From NCBI RefSeq assembly GCF_009914755.1, contig NC_060925.1: a stretch of DNA of 64,000 nucleotides. One strand, 5' to 3'. The position numbers and the translations under genes were made by a program. Below, piece after piece: positions 30,990 to 55,670 of the stretch. Source of the DNA: the human T2T-CHM13v2.0 reference genome, Homo sapiens. The first letter of the stretch is position 1; each line of letters opens with the position of its first letter. The notes under the pieces were generated by a model. That model worked only from the letters and a program-made list of their open reading frames with translations. It had not been told where the DNA came from and ran no database searches.

Positions 30990-31010
30990 CGCGCGCGCGC
31001 GCGTGTGTGT
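30941..31010. repeat. Compound microsatellite (GT)20(GC)11(GT)4, the CpG-CA repeat of the ECE-1c promoter
   Basis: Counted directly: GT 30941-30980, GC 30981-31002, GT 31003-31010. Confidence 0.95.
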
Positions 31011-31094
31011 AAGAGGGAGGAGAAGAGGAGACAGAAACGGTGGGAGGGGTGGATTCCGCGTGCCCGTGTGCTTATGTGTGAAGGAAAGTCCTGA

Positions 31095-31233
31095 CTATAT
31101 TTGGGATTTGTTGCTCTGTGTGTATATGTGCGTGTGTGTGTTTGCTATATTTGGGGTTCGTTGCTGTGTGTGTGTCCGCTGTATTTGAGGTTTGTTGCTG
31201 TGTGTGTGTGTCCGGTATATTTGGGGTTTGTTG

Positions 31234-31282
<49 letters not shown>

Positions 31283-31697
31283 GAAGAGAGATGAGGAGAC
31301 AGAAAGTGGGGGAGGGGTGGATTCCGCGTGCCCGTGTGTTTATATGTGAAGGAAAGCCCTGACTGATTTATTTGGGATTCGTTGCCGTCCAGGGACTTCA
31401 GGACAACCTGTGTCCGCTATATTTGAGGTTTGTTGCCGTGTGTCTGTGTGTCGCTATATTTGGGGTTCGTTGCTGTGAGTGTCTACTATATTTGGGGTTT
31501 GTTCTGTGTGTGTCCACTATATTTGGGGTTCATTGCTGTGTGTGTGTGTCTGCTATATTTGAGGTTTGTTGCTGTGTGTGTGTCTCCGCTATATTTAGGG
31601 TTCATTGCTGTGTGTTTGTGTGTCTGCTATATTTGGGGTTCGTTGCTGTGTGTGTGTGTCCGCTGTATTTGGGGTTTGTTGCTGTGTGTGTGTGTGT
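31095..31697. repeat. Minisatellite, ~13 units of ~31-38 bp (CTATATTTGGGGTTYGTTGC + (TG)n + TCCG)
   Basis: Unit cores at ~31098, 31148, 31182, 31218, 31369, 31420, 31457, 31489, 31520, 31556, 31592, 31630 and 31666. Confidence 0.9.
31236..31275. repeat. (GT)20 microsatellite
   Basis: Direct count. Confidence 0.95.
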
Positions 31698-33267
31698 CCC
31701 CGTGATAGAGGGGTGAGGGAGGGAATGGTAGCAAAGCAGAGAGAAGGAGCCGTGGCTCTCTAGGCGTGTGAATTTGCAGGTCCAGGAGAGACACTGTCTC
31801 CACGTGTAGGTTTTGTGAGGTCAAGGGAAGGAGGAAGGAACAGAAGACAGCCTGCCTGTGTGTGTGTGTGATGTGTGATCTCCACTTTTGGGTCCTGTTG
31901 TACATGCATGTTAATGTGGTAGAAAGAAATGTGGTGTCCCTGTTGTAAACAAGTTGTGAAAAAATCCTGGGTTTTTGTGGTGTAGTTTGCGTGTGTTGTA
32001 CGTGCCCACACAAAAGAGGGACATGGCTGTGATTTGGTACAACTTTGTGTGTAACCCAGTTTGCAAGAGACATCGAGATAAAAACATTGTGTGTGTGGTG
32101 ACACTGTGGTCTTTGTGTGTGACTGTTGTGTGACTTTTGTGATCATCTATATTTGGGTTGGGCTGAGAAAGAGAAACTACTGTGTAGGGGGCATAATGAG
32201 TGTATGTTCAGGAGAAAGACATCCTGGCGGCATTGGGATTTGGGCTTTGAAGGATGTCTAAGAGTTCATTAGGCCAGACAGAATGCTCGTGAGGCCAGAG
32301 GGAAAGATCCGGGGAATCCTGCCTATCAGCCAACGGGGGTGAGGAGGCTGTAGTGGTGGGTGACCAGGGTGAATTTGGAAACAGAACCTACTGCCAGCAA
32401 GGAAGAGGAGGAGCAACTGACTGCAACCCTTGCCCAGGTGCTGACCCAGAGTGGCCCTGGATGCGTCTGGGCACACAGAGTCATTCTAAAGCGGACCATC
32501 TGTTCCTGGGCAGTTTGTTTGGGAACCTGGAGGGCGGGGAGGGGCTCTGTGGAAATAACTCTATGTTGCTCCTTCCTTCCAGCAGCATTCCAAATTCTTC
32601 AGTGTGGAGGACTCAGGGAGGTCGAAAAGCTCCTTGAGTGCAGCAGTTGGGAGCATGGTGAAGGGGGGAGGGTCTGGCCGTGTCTGCAAGGTGACCAGAC
32701 CTGAAGGTCCAGAGCCCCCCTCCATCATGGGGTACTTAAACTATCAGCTGCCCTGGCCTGGTGTCCGATTCCTGACTATTCCTCAAGTGTCTTCCTAAGA
32801 ATCATAGCCTGATGCCTGCAGAGACATTGAAGATCCAGGGACACACAAAAATGAAACCCAGTTATCCTGGCACTCCACTTGCCAGCAATGTGATTATGTT
32901 CTCTTCTCTCTGAGCTCCCGTTTTTGCCTCTGTAAAATGGTGTTCATAATTCTTACCCACCTCACTGTACTGTTGTAAAGATTTAAGGAGTTAATATACC
33001 TCGTGGGCCTTTTGTAACTTAACAAACCGCTAGAAAGCCTTTAAGCATTGCTCCATTTACAAAAAGTTCAAAAAATAAGCAAAATTAGACCTGTGCTGTC
33101 AGAAGTTAGGTTTGTGTTATCTTTGGGGAGGGAATGACTGGAAAGGGGCACCAGGGAAGCTTCTGGGTGCTAGTAAGGGTTAGGTACGGAGGAGGGAGTA
33201 GTTCAGTTGTGAAAAATTGAGCAGTCTCCTTAGGATCTATGTGCTTTTCTGTCTCTGTTACTCTCTA

Positions 33268-33899
<632 letters not shown>

Positions 33900-34699
33900 T
33901 TAATCACTCATAAAATGGACATTCTGGAATGCTGTATCAGCTCAGGGCAGAGTACTGGGGACACTATATTGAGTAAGGTGTGGTTCTCCTGGCTCTATGA
34001 AGAAAGCAGAGGAGAAAGGCTGTGGCTTTCTTGCTTCTGAAAGGGGCACATTAAGGATGGGGCGGGGCGGGCAGGGAGTGAGGGGCAGCATGCCCAAACC
34101 CACTCCAAAGCCACTCACCCGGCTTGACAGCAGAATCAGGACTAGAACCAAGGCCTCCCAAGGTGATGGCTGAGTCTTTTCCATTCTACCAGGCTGCTCC
34201 AGAAAACGCAGCCCCTGGTCTTATGCTGCTCAAACGGAAGCAAGCAAGTGAGGTTTGCTGCCGACTCTGACCCTTACCTCCAACTCCTCCAGGATCTTCA
34301 GAGATCACCTCATCCAAACAGCTTTCTGGGAACGGCCAGCCATAACAAATGCTAAGCATTTATTATGTGCCAGACATGGTGGCAGGTGCTTTGCAGCATT
34401 ATCTGAGTGATTCTCACAATTCTATGTGGTAGGTGCTAGGATTCCCACATCACCTCCATATTGCAGGTGAGAAAATCAATGTTCAGAGAGGGAAAGTGAT
34501 TTGCCCGAGAAGACACAGCTAGTTTGAGGGGCTTTGCTCCTTTGCTGGCATGCAGCTGCTTCTGTTGGTATTCATGGGCTCGCCATGCCCTCTGACAGAC
34601 ACAAGTGGTTTCATGACAGGAGAAGGTGTCCCCTGTTAGACTGCTGGAGACTGGATGAGATGTGGGGAGTTGCCCCTTCCAAATACTCAAGCCTCTGGG

Positions 34700-35120
34700 C
34701 ACAGGGTCTGCCCCATCGGAGCATCAGGGCTCAAACGCAGAAAACCAACCTGAATTGGCCAGAGCCAATTGAGTTACACAGAGCCTGTGTAACTACAAAG
34801 TACAGGGGCAGAGCTAGCTTTAGGCATGGCTCCAAGAGGAGCTCAGATGATGACATTAGGATTCAGTCTCATTTACTCCATCTCTGAAGACCGCTTCCCT
34901 CCCTGCTGGCCTCACCTCTTGGCCTCATGATGACAAGATGGCTGCCCTCAGCAGTGGCTCACATCCTACTCTCTTATCAACTCCCAGCGGAAACAGGGAC
35001 TCACTTTTTCCTACAGTTCTAATTAACATTCCCAAAACTGAGTCTTGTCGACTGTCACTGAGACATGTGTCAATTCCTCTGCCAATCACTGTGGCCAAGG
35101 GTTCTGATTAGCCAGGAAGT
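34700..35120. mobile_element. Old MaLR LTR relic (MLT1J/K-like)
   Basis: aagatggctgcc and ccaatcactgtggccaaggg motifs recalled from MLT1 consensus sequences; highly diverged. Confidence 0.5.
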
Positions 35121-36120
35121 GAGACCCTGGAGATACCTGGCATTGTAGTTTAGGTGTGGGTTTCCAGCCATGCAGCCTCAGGACTCACCAGGATCCAAAA
35201 GGAATCTCCCAGAATGTGTGGAGAGACATGAGTCACAGACGTTCAATATATGTGGCCATGGCTATCACTGGCATTATTCTTCCTCCGCTTTGCCTCTGTC
35301 ATCGTCTTGTACAGAATAGGTGTTTGGTAATGACTAGTACACAGTAGGTGCCCAGAGAATCCCTTTTGTTTGGCTGATTTTTTGCTTTGAGAGTAATACC
35401 ACGTGCCAAGTCAGACAGAGGCTGGACACACTGAGCGACCCACAGGCATGCAGACAGAATGAGACTCGCTGTAAGAGCTTTTTAATTTTTAATGTTGTTT
35501 TGTCTTCCGTAACTGAGCTGAAATACTGTCTAGGGCACCCGAGGAAATCACCAGACTCTCCAAGGAACAGTAACCAGCCTGTCTAAGAAGATACAGTCAT
35601 GAAAATGGCAGAAGAAGCTCTGAAGAGGCTGGCAGGGGAGGGGACTCCGTGCTCAGATGCAGGGTGCAGGCAGGGTACAGGCAGGCAGAGCTTGTCAGGC
35701 CCAATGAGGCTCTTCCTGACTCATCCAACCCTGCAGTGAGGTAGCCAGGACCCTTCCCCCTGCCCTGGGCCCCTGGTGAAAGACTGGAGATCAGGCTATC
35801 CCCCCTGACCCCCCTCTCGTGTCTCCTTGGGCCACCAATTACTCTGATTCAACTGGGCAGTTGAGTTTCTGTGAAGGACAGAGACCCATGAAGTCCAGCA
35901 CTCACTGCTATTTATTGAGTCTGTTCCAGGTGCCATACTTCGAACTTCACTTGATTTAAATACAAGAGCAATGGAATATACTTAGGATACTTACTTTATC
36001 GCTGCTTTTACCTTACTTTTTCTTCCCTCTGCCCTGATTTCCTTAATTAATTTTGAAAAAAAAATCTCTATTTTTTCAAATTTCAAATGTAATACATGGT
36101 CACTGTAAAACAGACAATAG

Positions 36121-37030
<910 letters not shown>

Positions 37031-38077
37031 ACAGAGAAAAAAGTAAAATAGATAATGCGGAAATGAATACAATGGGAAGAAATAGTCCCTATAATATCGC
37101 TCCTCAGATATTAACCATTGGAAACTCTTTGATGTGATTCTGTATTTAGCTGAATTGACAGATGTATGTCCATTTTGGGAAGAGGGAAAACGTTATTAAC
37201 GTTTTCAGAGCCTCCTTCCTCCCTGTCCTCTCTGAGGAAGGAAACTTGGTGTGTCAGGCAGCTGCAGCCCGGGCTTTACCCTGTGAATCTGGGTAATGGG
37301 TGGAGGTGGGGGAGAAAGAAACAAACTACAAGAGAAAGGGCAGAGGTTGTGGGGTGGGAAAGATGGGGAGAGGCTGGAGCAGGGGATGAAGTGGGTCAAA
37401 GCCAGCGCAGGCTGAGCTTTGAGGGAGTGTTTGGGGGATCCAGACGCAGATTTGGGGGCTGCTGTGCTGTGAGATATTGAAAAAGAGTGAGGGGTCAGGC
37501 GGAGGAGAGAGAGAGAGAGCAGCAGGCAGGACACGGGAGAAAGTTTTACTAAGATTATGGATGATGTCTGCTTTAACATTCTCAAAAGAACTGAATAAAT
37601 AGTTAAATTGCTTTGCAGTTTGTTTGTTTGTTTGTTTTGTTCAGAGGAGGAAATAGTGTTTCTAATTCAACAGGGGGCTGAGACTGGCTTTGGGTGGCTC
37701 AGCTTTACCCAGATTACATTTTTATACACAGAAAGCTAGATTACATCATCATCATAAAAATAAAAATAAAAACTGATAAAATATCTTGTCTAAGTAATGT
37801 ATGCCAGGCACTGTGCTAAGTACTCCTCTGTATTCATTTATTTAATTCTACAATAGCCCAATGGGGGTGGTTACTACTATTATCCCATTTTACAGACAAG
37901 GAAACTGAGGCTTAGAGAGATGAAGCAACTTGCCCAAGATCACACAGCCTCCAAGTGGGAGAGCTGGGATGAGGCAATTTGTCTATTATCTTAACTTTCT
38001 GGTAAACACAGTTGTTTTGTTTAAATTAATTAACTCATTAATTTTGCTGTAAGAACCTTAAGGAAGATTCTTATTGA

Positions 38078-38522
<445 letters not shown>

Positions 38523-39315
38523 CTGTTTTATTTGTTTTTTGTGAGTTGCTGCAAATGCCTTTCTGTTCGTGATAGAATAAGGATATACCTAAATAATAGG
38601 CATGCACCATCATGAAGCCACCCCACAACTCCTTGCCGTTATCTGTGTTAAGAAGCTGAAGCCGAGGGGGGACGTGGGCACTAATCTAGAGAAGGCAGCT
38701 TTTAAGTTGTGGGATTTGAACTGGGCGGTTTTTTTTTTTTGTTTTTTTTTTGTTTTTTTTTTCTGAAGAATCATACAGAAGCTGGAATTACTACGGTGAG
38801 GAGTAGGGTTGCATTTCAGTTACCCTGGTACAGATTCACAGACCCTGAAGGCTGGACCTGGACGAGATGTCCAAAGTTATCCATTCCAGTCCCTGTTTTA
38901 GTTTATGAAGCTCCACTGCAGTTTCCTCCACAGGTGTCACCTGGCCCACGTGTGAACACCTCCGCTGATGGGAGACTTGGTTTTGCAGAGAGCACAGAGG
39001 AGGGGAATGTAGCTGAGAAAGTAGGCCAGGGTGGAGCAGTGAAGGGGAAGGAATTCCTGAGACTTAGCTGGGATGAGCACAGGGGGACTGCCAGAGGGGA
39101 CAGGAATGCAGGCAGAGTGGAAAACCATTTCCTCAAATGCCCTCACTACAATATCAGCTCTTTTATGTATAGCCCTTCCAAGTTGAGGGAGTAAAAATAC
39201 GTTATTTCAAAGAAACAAGTTCCCCCAGAGCCAAACTACTATAACAAAGTATATTTCCTGTTTTGCCTTTGCTGCTAGGAAGCCCTTAGGTAGGTTATAT
39301 ATTCAACCTCAGTAA

Positions 39316-39686
<371 letters not shown>

Positions 39687-40314
39687 TCAATCTGTCTTTT
39701 TAGATTAATGTTTTATAATGTTTGCTTTAACACTAAACAGCTATCTGAATGTAAGACCATCTCCTCCTCTAAGAAGCCTTCCCCGTCTGTGCCCCCACAG
39801 CCCCCTGCATTACTGCTAATGTAGCACCTCTCTCTGTCTTCTTCAGTCTGTTTACTCTCTTTGTCTCCCCTACCTAGGCCCAATTCTGCAACTCCAGCTA
39901 TAGAAACAGGGACCAGCACATAGTTGATGCTCCATAAATTATCAAACTCTACAGAAAGGCTCTTGTAGGAAATGAGGCCTTGTTTAATAAGCACCTCTTC
40001 TCTGCATACACTATCTCATGGGGCACTCACATGACCACTATTTTAACAGATGAAGATCCTGAGGGTCAGAGGGGTGAATTGATTTGCTCCTGGTCACACA
40101 GCCTGTAAGTGGCAATGAAGGATGTGAACCCAACTCTGTCTGATTTTAAAGTTCCTGCTCTCCACCATGGCTTTGTACATCATCACTGTAGTTCTTTCAT
40201 GTGGAGGGAAGAACTTGAGGACTCCAGCTACAGCTGCCTATGAGTGGGGGATCAGGGGGCCTGGGGCATGGGAAAAGTCACTCAGGGTCCCTGGGCCTCA
40301 GACTTCTCCTTTTT

Positions 40315-40625
40315 TTTATTTGTTTGTTTGTTTGTTTGTTTGTTTTTTGAGACAGAGTCTTGCTCTGTCACCCAGGCTGCAGTGCGAGATCATGGCTCAC
40401 TGCAGCCTCAACCTTTTGAGCTCAAGTGATCCTCCCACCTCAGCCTCCCAAGTAGCTAGGACTACAGGTGCACACCACTACACCCGGCTAATTTTTTGTA
40501 CTTTTTTGTTGAGACGGGTTTTTGCCACATTGCCCAGGCTGGTATCCAACTCCTAGGCTCAAACTATCCAGCCACCTTGGCCTCCCAAAGTGCTGGGATT
40601 ATAGGTGTGAGCCACCACACCTCAC
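40315..40625 (-). mobile_element. AluJ, followed by a MER5A-like relic (~40660-40812)
   Basis: AluJ diagnostics (gcagcctcaacc, gatcctcccacc). Confidence 0.88.
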
Positions 40626-41749
40626 CAGTCTCCTCCTTTGTAAAATGAAGGGGTTGGATCAGCAATTGTCAGCTCTAGGGGTCCATTTGCATCACCTGGG
40701 GAGCTCTTAAAAGGTACTGATGCCTGCATCCCACCTCAGGTCAATTAAACCAAAATAACTGAAGGCAGGTCCCCCCAGGTGATTTGGATGCTGGAGAGGG
40801 CTAAGAACACTAAACTCGCCCCTCAGTGAGGCCCATTGCAGGAAGCCCCTCGACCTGGCATGATGGAAAGACCAGGGCTGTGGAGCCAAGTGGGCATGGG
40901 TTCTGATCCCAGGTCTGTTCTTTCGTATACATCAACATCCTCATTGAGCAGAGGAGAGCAAGGCTGGTGAAGTCTGAGGTCTTGCAGCGAAGAAGTGACA
41001 TTGTGGAGGTTTCAATCCCGGTCTGCGCTCCGGAATTGCAGGATATTGAGGAGGGTCTTAGACAAAGAGAGGAGGTGTGGGTGGGTAGGTAGGTCCGCTT
41101 GGAGCCTGTGTCTGTACTGGCAGACCTGAGACCTGGGTGGGGCCTGTCTTGGGGATCCCAAAGCCATCCCTGCCTGTGACTCACACTGTTTTCACAGCAG
41201 GTGTTGGGGCAGCATGAAGTCACCCACACCTCCCATGCTTCTCACACCTCTGCTGCCTCCTAGCCTAGCACGTGCCCAGACACCTCCACCACCTATGGTG
41301 CCCCAAGCCCTGGGCAGTGACAGGCCAGTGTGGACAAGCTGGCCAGCCTGTGTGTGATTGGGGTGTTGGCATTGGCTGCAAGAACACACTGACAGGAAGG
41401 CTGATGCCAACTCAAGGCACAAGCAGACCTTTTCCCAAACACCCACCCCATCGCTCCTGTGCCCTGTGGTCTTGGGCAAGTCCCTGCACCGCTTTGACAG
41501 TCTATAACATGTGTGTAAAAGCATGGCTCATGGGGTTCCCATGAGCTCCAGAACACCAAGCTCTTTCCCCCAACAGAGTCAGACCAGGCTGCCCCTCATC
41601 TGGACTGACTCCCCCATCACTTTTCCTTTTAGGTCTCAGTCCAAATGTCACTGTCCGGAAAGGCCTTTCTTGTCGACCCTCTCTAAGGGGACTCTCCTTT
41701 TCTTCTCCCTCACTGCACCCACCTCATTTCCTTCATTGTACTTATCAGA

Positions 41750-43937
<2,188 letters not shown>

Positions 43938-44378
43938 TTAGTAAGGGCTGCAGGAGTCCACAGCTCAGAATCTGCTGAGAACAGGAGAAGGGACGGGAGA
44001 GGTGAGAGCGTAAGGATAGGCAAGATTTCCGGAGGCAAATGCTTGTCAGGAGGTAAGTGGAGCAGATTTGGGGGAAACAGGCCCTCCTACCCTACAGGTG
44101 GAAGGAAGAGTTGGTTCAAGAATTCTCAGGACAGTTGGTCTTAAAAACATATCACTTTTCACCCAGAAGTTCTACTTAGGAATTCCTTTAATTATGGAAA
44201 TAATTAAAAGTATGCATAAAAGTATAACTACAAAAATTTGCCCTCACAGACTAGATTATGATAGAAAAAAATAGAAACTCATTATGCCTATCATAATAAC
44301 GTTGAGTAATTTTTGGCAGAATCTCCACAGCCATTAAAATATATTGATGTCATTTATTTATTGAAATGGAAAAATGTG

Positions 44379-46208
<1,830 letters not shown>

Positions 46209-47781
46209 TTATATTTGTTTTCCTATTTACGTTTGCATATCTATATTTTCTGATTTTCCTGTGGTGAACATGTCTTACCTGTTCAATGTTTTAAAACCTA
46301 AAACAAAAAAGGCATATAGAAAAGCTGTAGAGGGGGCATTCCAGGCCAAGACGACAGCAGAGGCCAAGGCCTGGCTGTGGAGAAGCTGCCAGAACATGGG
46401 ATATCAGACAGGAGAAGGATGGGAAGAAAAACTGCTGGAAAGGGGAGCTGGGGGCAAGGTGGTAGGCCTTGAGTGCCAGGCCGAGGAGCTGCAACTTGAC
46501 CTTGAAGGCCATGGGGCCTCAAACTGGGGTCCATGGCCACTGGGGAGCCTCAAGCATACTCCCGGGAATCTGGTTCCACCAAGATTTTCATAATTTGGGG
46601 CCTTCATTTTAGTGATCGTCTCTAAACAGTGAGTACAAGCATATCCTGACTTCTCTGAATGACTCAGCCATAATCCAGAGCCACCAATGTAATTTCAGGG
46701 CCCGGATTGGTTTGTGCCTGGGGTCAGGTTGATGCCAGCTGCCCCACTTTGATTGTCTTGGGCAGATGAGGAAAGAAAGGAGCAGGTCTCAGCTTGGCCG
46801 GTTTATTCTCCAGCCCCATGAGCTCAGCGCTTGGGCCTGGGAGAATTCCAAGGGCCTGAAAGATGTTCCAATCTTGAAAAAAGAATTGTAATGACTCTAC
46901 AGTACCAAAATCAATGACCAAAATAACACTTGCATGCACACACACACACACACACGCACACCCTGCATGTGAAATCATTTCAGTTGTGAAAGTATAAAAT
47001 TGAATAGAAATCATTTCAATTGCAAAAGTATACAAATGAATATTTTCATGGCAAAAAAAATTTGATGTGGAATGTGGGTGTGTTTTAATATGCTTGGTAA
47101 GGGGAGAAGTGGAGTCTCCAAAGGTAGGGATGCTGGAGGACTATGAAGTTCCTTAAAGCATAGAGGGGTGGATAGAATCCCAGCAAAGAAGGCCAAATGG
47201 CGAACTGCTGTGCTCACCCCCTTAGTGGTTCCCCTTCACCCAAACTGGAAAAGAACTGGGCAAATTGAATCAGCATACGCAGCAGTGCAGGAGTGCCAAG
47301 GGAAAAACAAAGGCCAGGCAGCAAACAGCACGCTGGCACAGCCTGCAAAACACTCATCATTCAAAGGATGTGATTTTGATTCTGCAAAGTGATGTCATCC
47401 AGCACATTCAATGGATGTTGTTTATCTAAATTTGTGGCCATATTTGTATTTAATCTGGTCTTATGGCAGTGTAGAGTCCTGAAGAGTTTGTACCTAGTTT
47501 TATGTTTTAAGGAACAGTATAATCAAAATAATTAGAATCAGCACTGTCTGGCCAGAAGAACCTTCATCTTTTTGGAGAGCCTGTTTGTAAATCATTCATT
47601 TGGGAAGTGCTGCTAGGGACTGGGGGACTGCTGAGGGGCTGTGGGTGGGGTTGCGGGGGTGGGACATGAACTTGATTGCATGTTCTGGATGACCAGTAGC
47701 CAGAGTGAGGCTGGTGTGAGGCTTGAACGCCTGAGGACAGGGATGGGCATCTTATTCAGGCCCTCATAGTGCCAAGGGTAA

Positions 47782-49638
<1,857 letters not shown>

Positions 49639-50109
49639 TGAGATCTACCTCTACCAGCCTCTGCCACATCCTCTCCCCCACTCTGCTCTGTGTTCACTAA
49701 GCTCCGGCTGCCTGGATGTTCCTGGAACACAGGAGTCATCGGGTTTCAGGGCCTTTGCCCTTGCTGCTCCTTGTACCTGGGATGCTCTTCCTCCATGGCT
49801 CAGCAGGTGGCTCTTCCTGACCTGTGAAGTTTCATCACAATGTCACCTCCCCAGAGGGACCCTTTCCCCTGACCCCCTGCATTACACCCCCCACCACCAA
49901 TGCATTACGCTGTTTCAAGTCTTCCTAGCTCTTACCACTTCCTGAACTTGTCTTATCTTTGTATTTGTTACTCCTTTAATGTCTCAATCTATCGTAGATC
50001 TTGAGTCCCCATGAAGGCATAGGTCATCTCTGTCCTGGTCACAGCTAAGTCTCCAGCACTAGAATGGAGCCTGGCACATAGTAGGTGCTCAGTAAAAGCT
50101 TGCTGAGTC

Positions 50110-53438
<3,329 letters not shown>

Positions 53439-54395
53439 TTTATTGAATGAACGAGGAGAAGATAAAGTGGAAGGAAGATAAGGAGGGAAAACAGTTGAGA
53501 AACTGCCCTAGGTCTGGACAGAGCTGATTCCCTAAGACACCCCCGCTGGGAAGCCTGGTTCACCCTTTAGTCCCCTCCCTTCCTTCCTTTCTTCCTTTCT
53601 CCTCCCCTCTCCTTTCCCACGGTCTGTGATTCTGGTGGAAACTCTGGCCCAAGCTGGGCTGGCAGGAGGAGCCACCTGCCACGGTGCACGGCTGTCCCCT
53701 GGTGGCGATCTAAAGTGAAGACTTGGGAATGTGGTCAAGGTGGGAGGCCTGGGAATGGGGATTATTAGAGAGCTAGGGAAACCCTGGTGAATGAAGGGTG
53801 AAGGAGCAGAAGAAACTTCCAGAAGCCTGGAGACAGGGGAACGCCAGGGATGGAGCCCTGTGACACTTTGCTAAGCTTCTGAGGTTGATACTGGGATTCT
53901 GATTATTACTGTGCCGGTCTCCACGTCTGTTTCCTGTCTCCTCCGGCAGTGATGTGGGCACCAGGAGGGAAGGGGTGTGTCTGCTGATGCATGCTGCCTC
54001 CCCAGCACCTAGCACAGTGCTTGGCACTGAGTAGGTGCTCACTAAAAATATGTGGACTGCAGTTGGTTATAGTAGGAGGAACAGAGAGAGAAGCCTGGGC
54101 TTGAAGCCAGTGTTCATCCTGTCAATCCAGTGACTTGGATAAGTCCTGTGACCCTGGTGAGCCTGAATTGGCTCACTTACCTGTGTTGTGGGGAGAATAA
54201 CCCTTCTCTCTCAGAGTCATAGTGAATTTAAATGATCACATTTGCATATAGCTTCAGGCTCATCCTAGGAGCTCCTGGCAGCCAGGAATGGTAAAGAGGC
54301 ACCACATCCTACACCTGGGTCTGCAGGCCCATAGAGGGGACCCAGCAACTTCACTGACTTGCTGGGGGATGTCAGCCAAGTCCCTTTACATTCTA

Positions 54396-55670
<1,275 letters not shown>

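Larger units (their letters stand above)
29860..31010. promoter_or_regulatory. ECE1: CpG island / TATA-less promoter of ECE-1c
   Basis: Abrupt rise in GC and CpG density relative to the CpG-depleted flanks; spans exon 1c. Confidence 0.92.

Noticed and set aside
29952-31188. Long overlapping ORFs (239, 228, 307 and 197 aa) across the CpG island
   Set aside because: Stop-poor GC-rich sequence gives Pro/Arg/Ala/Gly-rich ORFs in several frames on both strands; most start at non-ATG codons and none has a recognisable domain.
31095-31697. Repeat-spacer appearance reminiscent of a CRISPR array
   Set aside because: The spacers are (TG)n variants rather than unique sequences, the DNA is human, and there are no cas genes.
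31372-31716. Hydrophobic repeat ORFs (LLYLGFVAVCVC)n resembling a membrane peptide
   Set aside because: Translation of the minisatellite; non-ATG starts and no splice or poly(A) support.
38709-39194. 161-aa ORF in non-Alu sequence
   Set aside because: GTG start, begins in a poly-T tract, and has no recognisable homology or exon signals.
46860-47620. AT-rich stretch that may be an old hAT-type DNA transposon relic
   Set aside because: Could not assign a family or termini by eye; needs a Dfam search.
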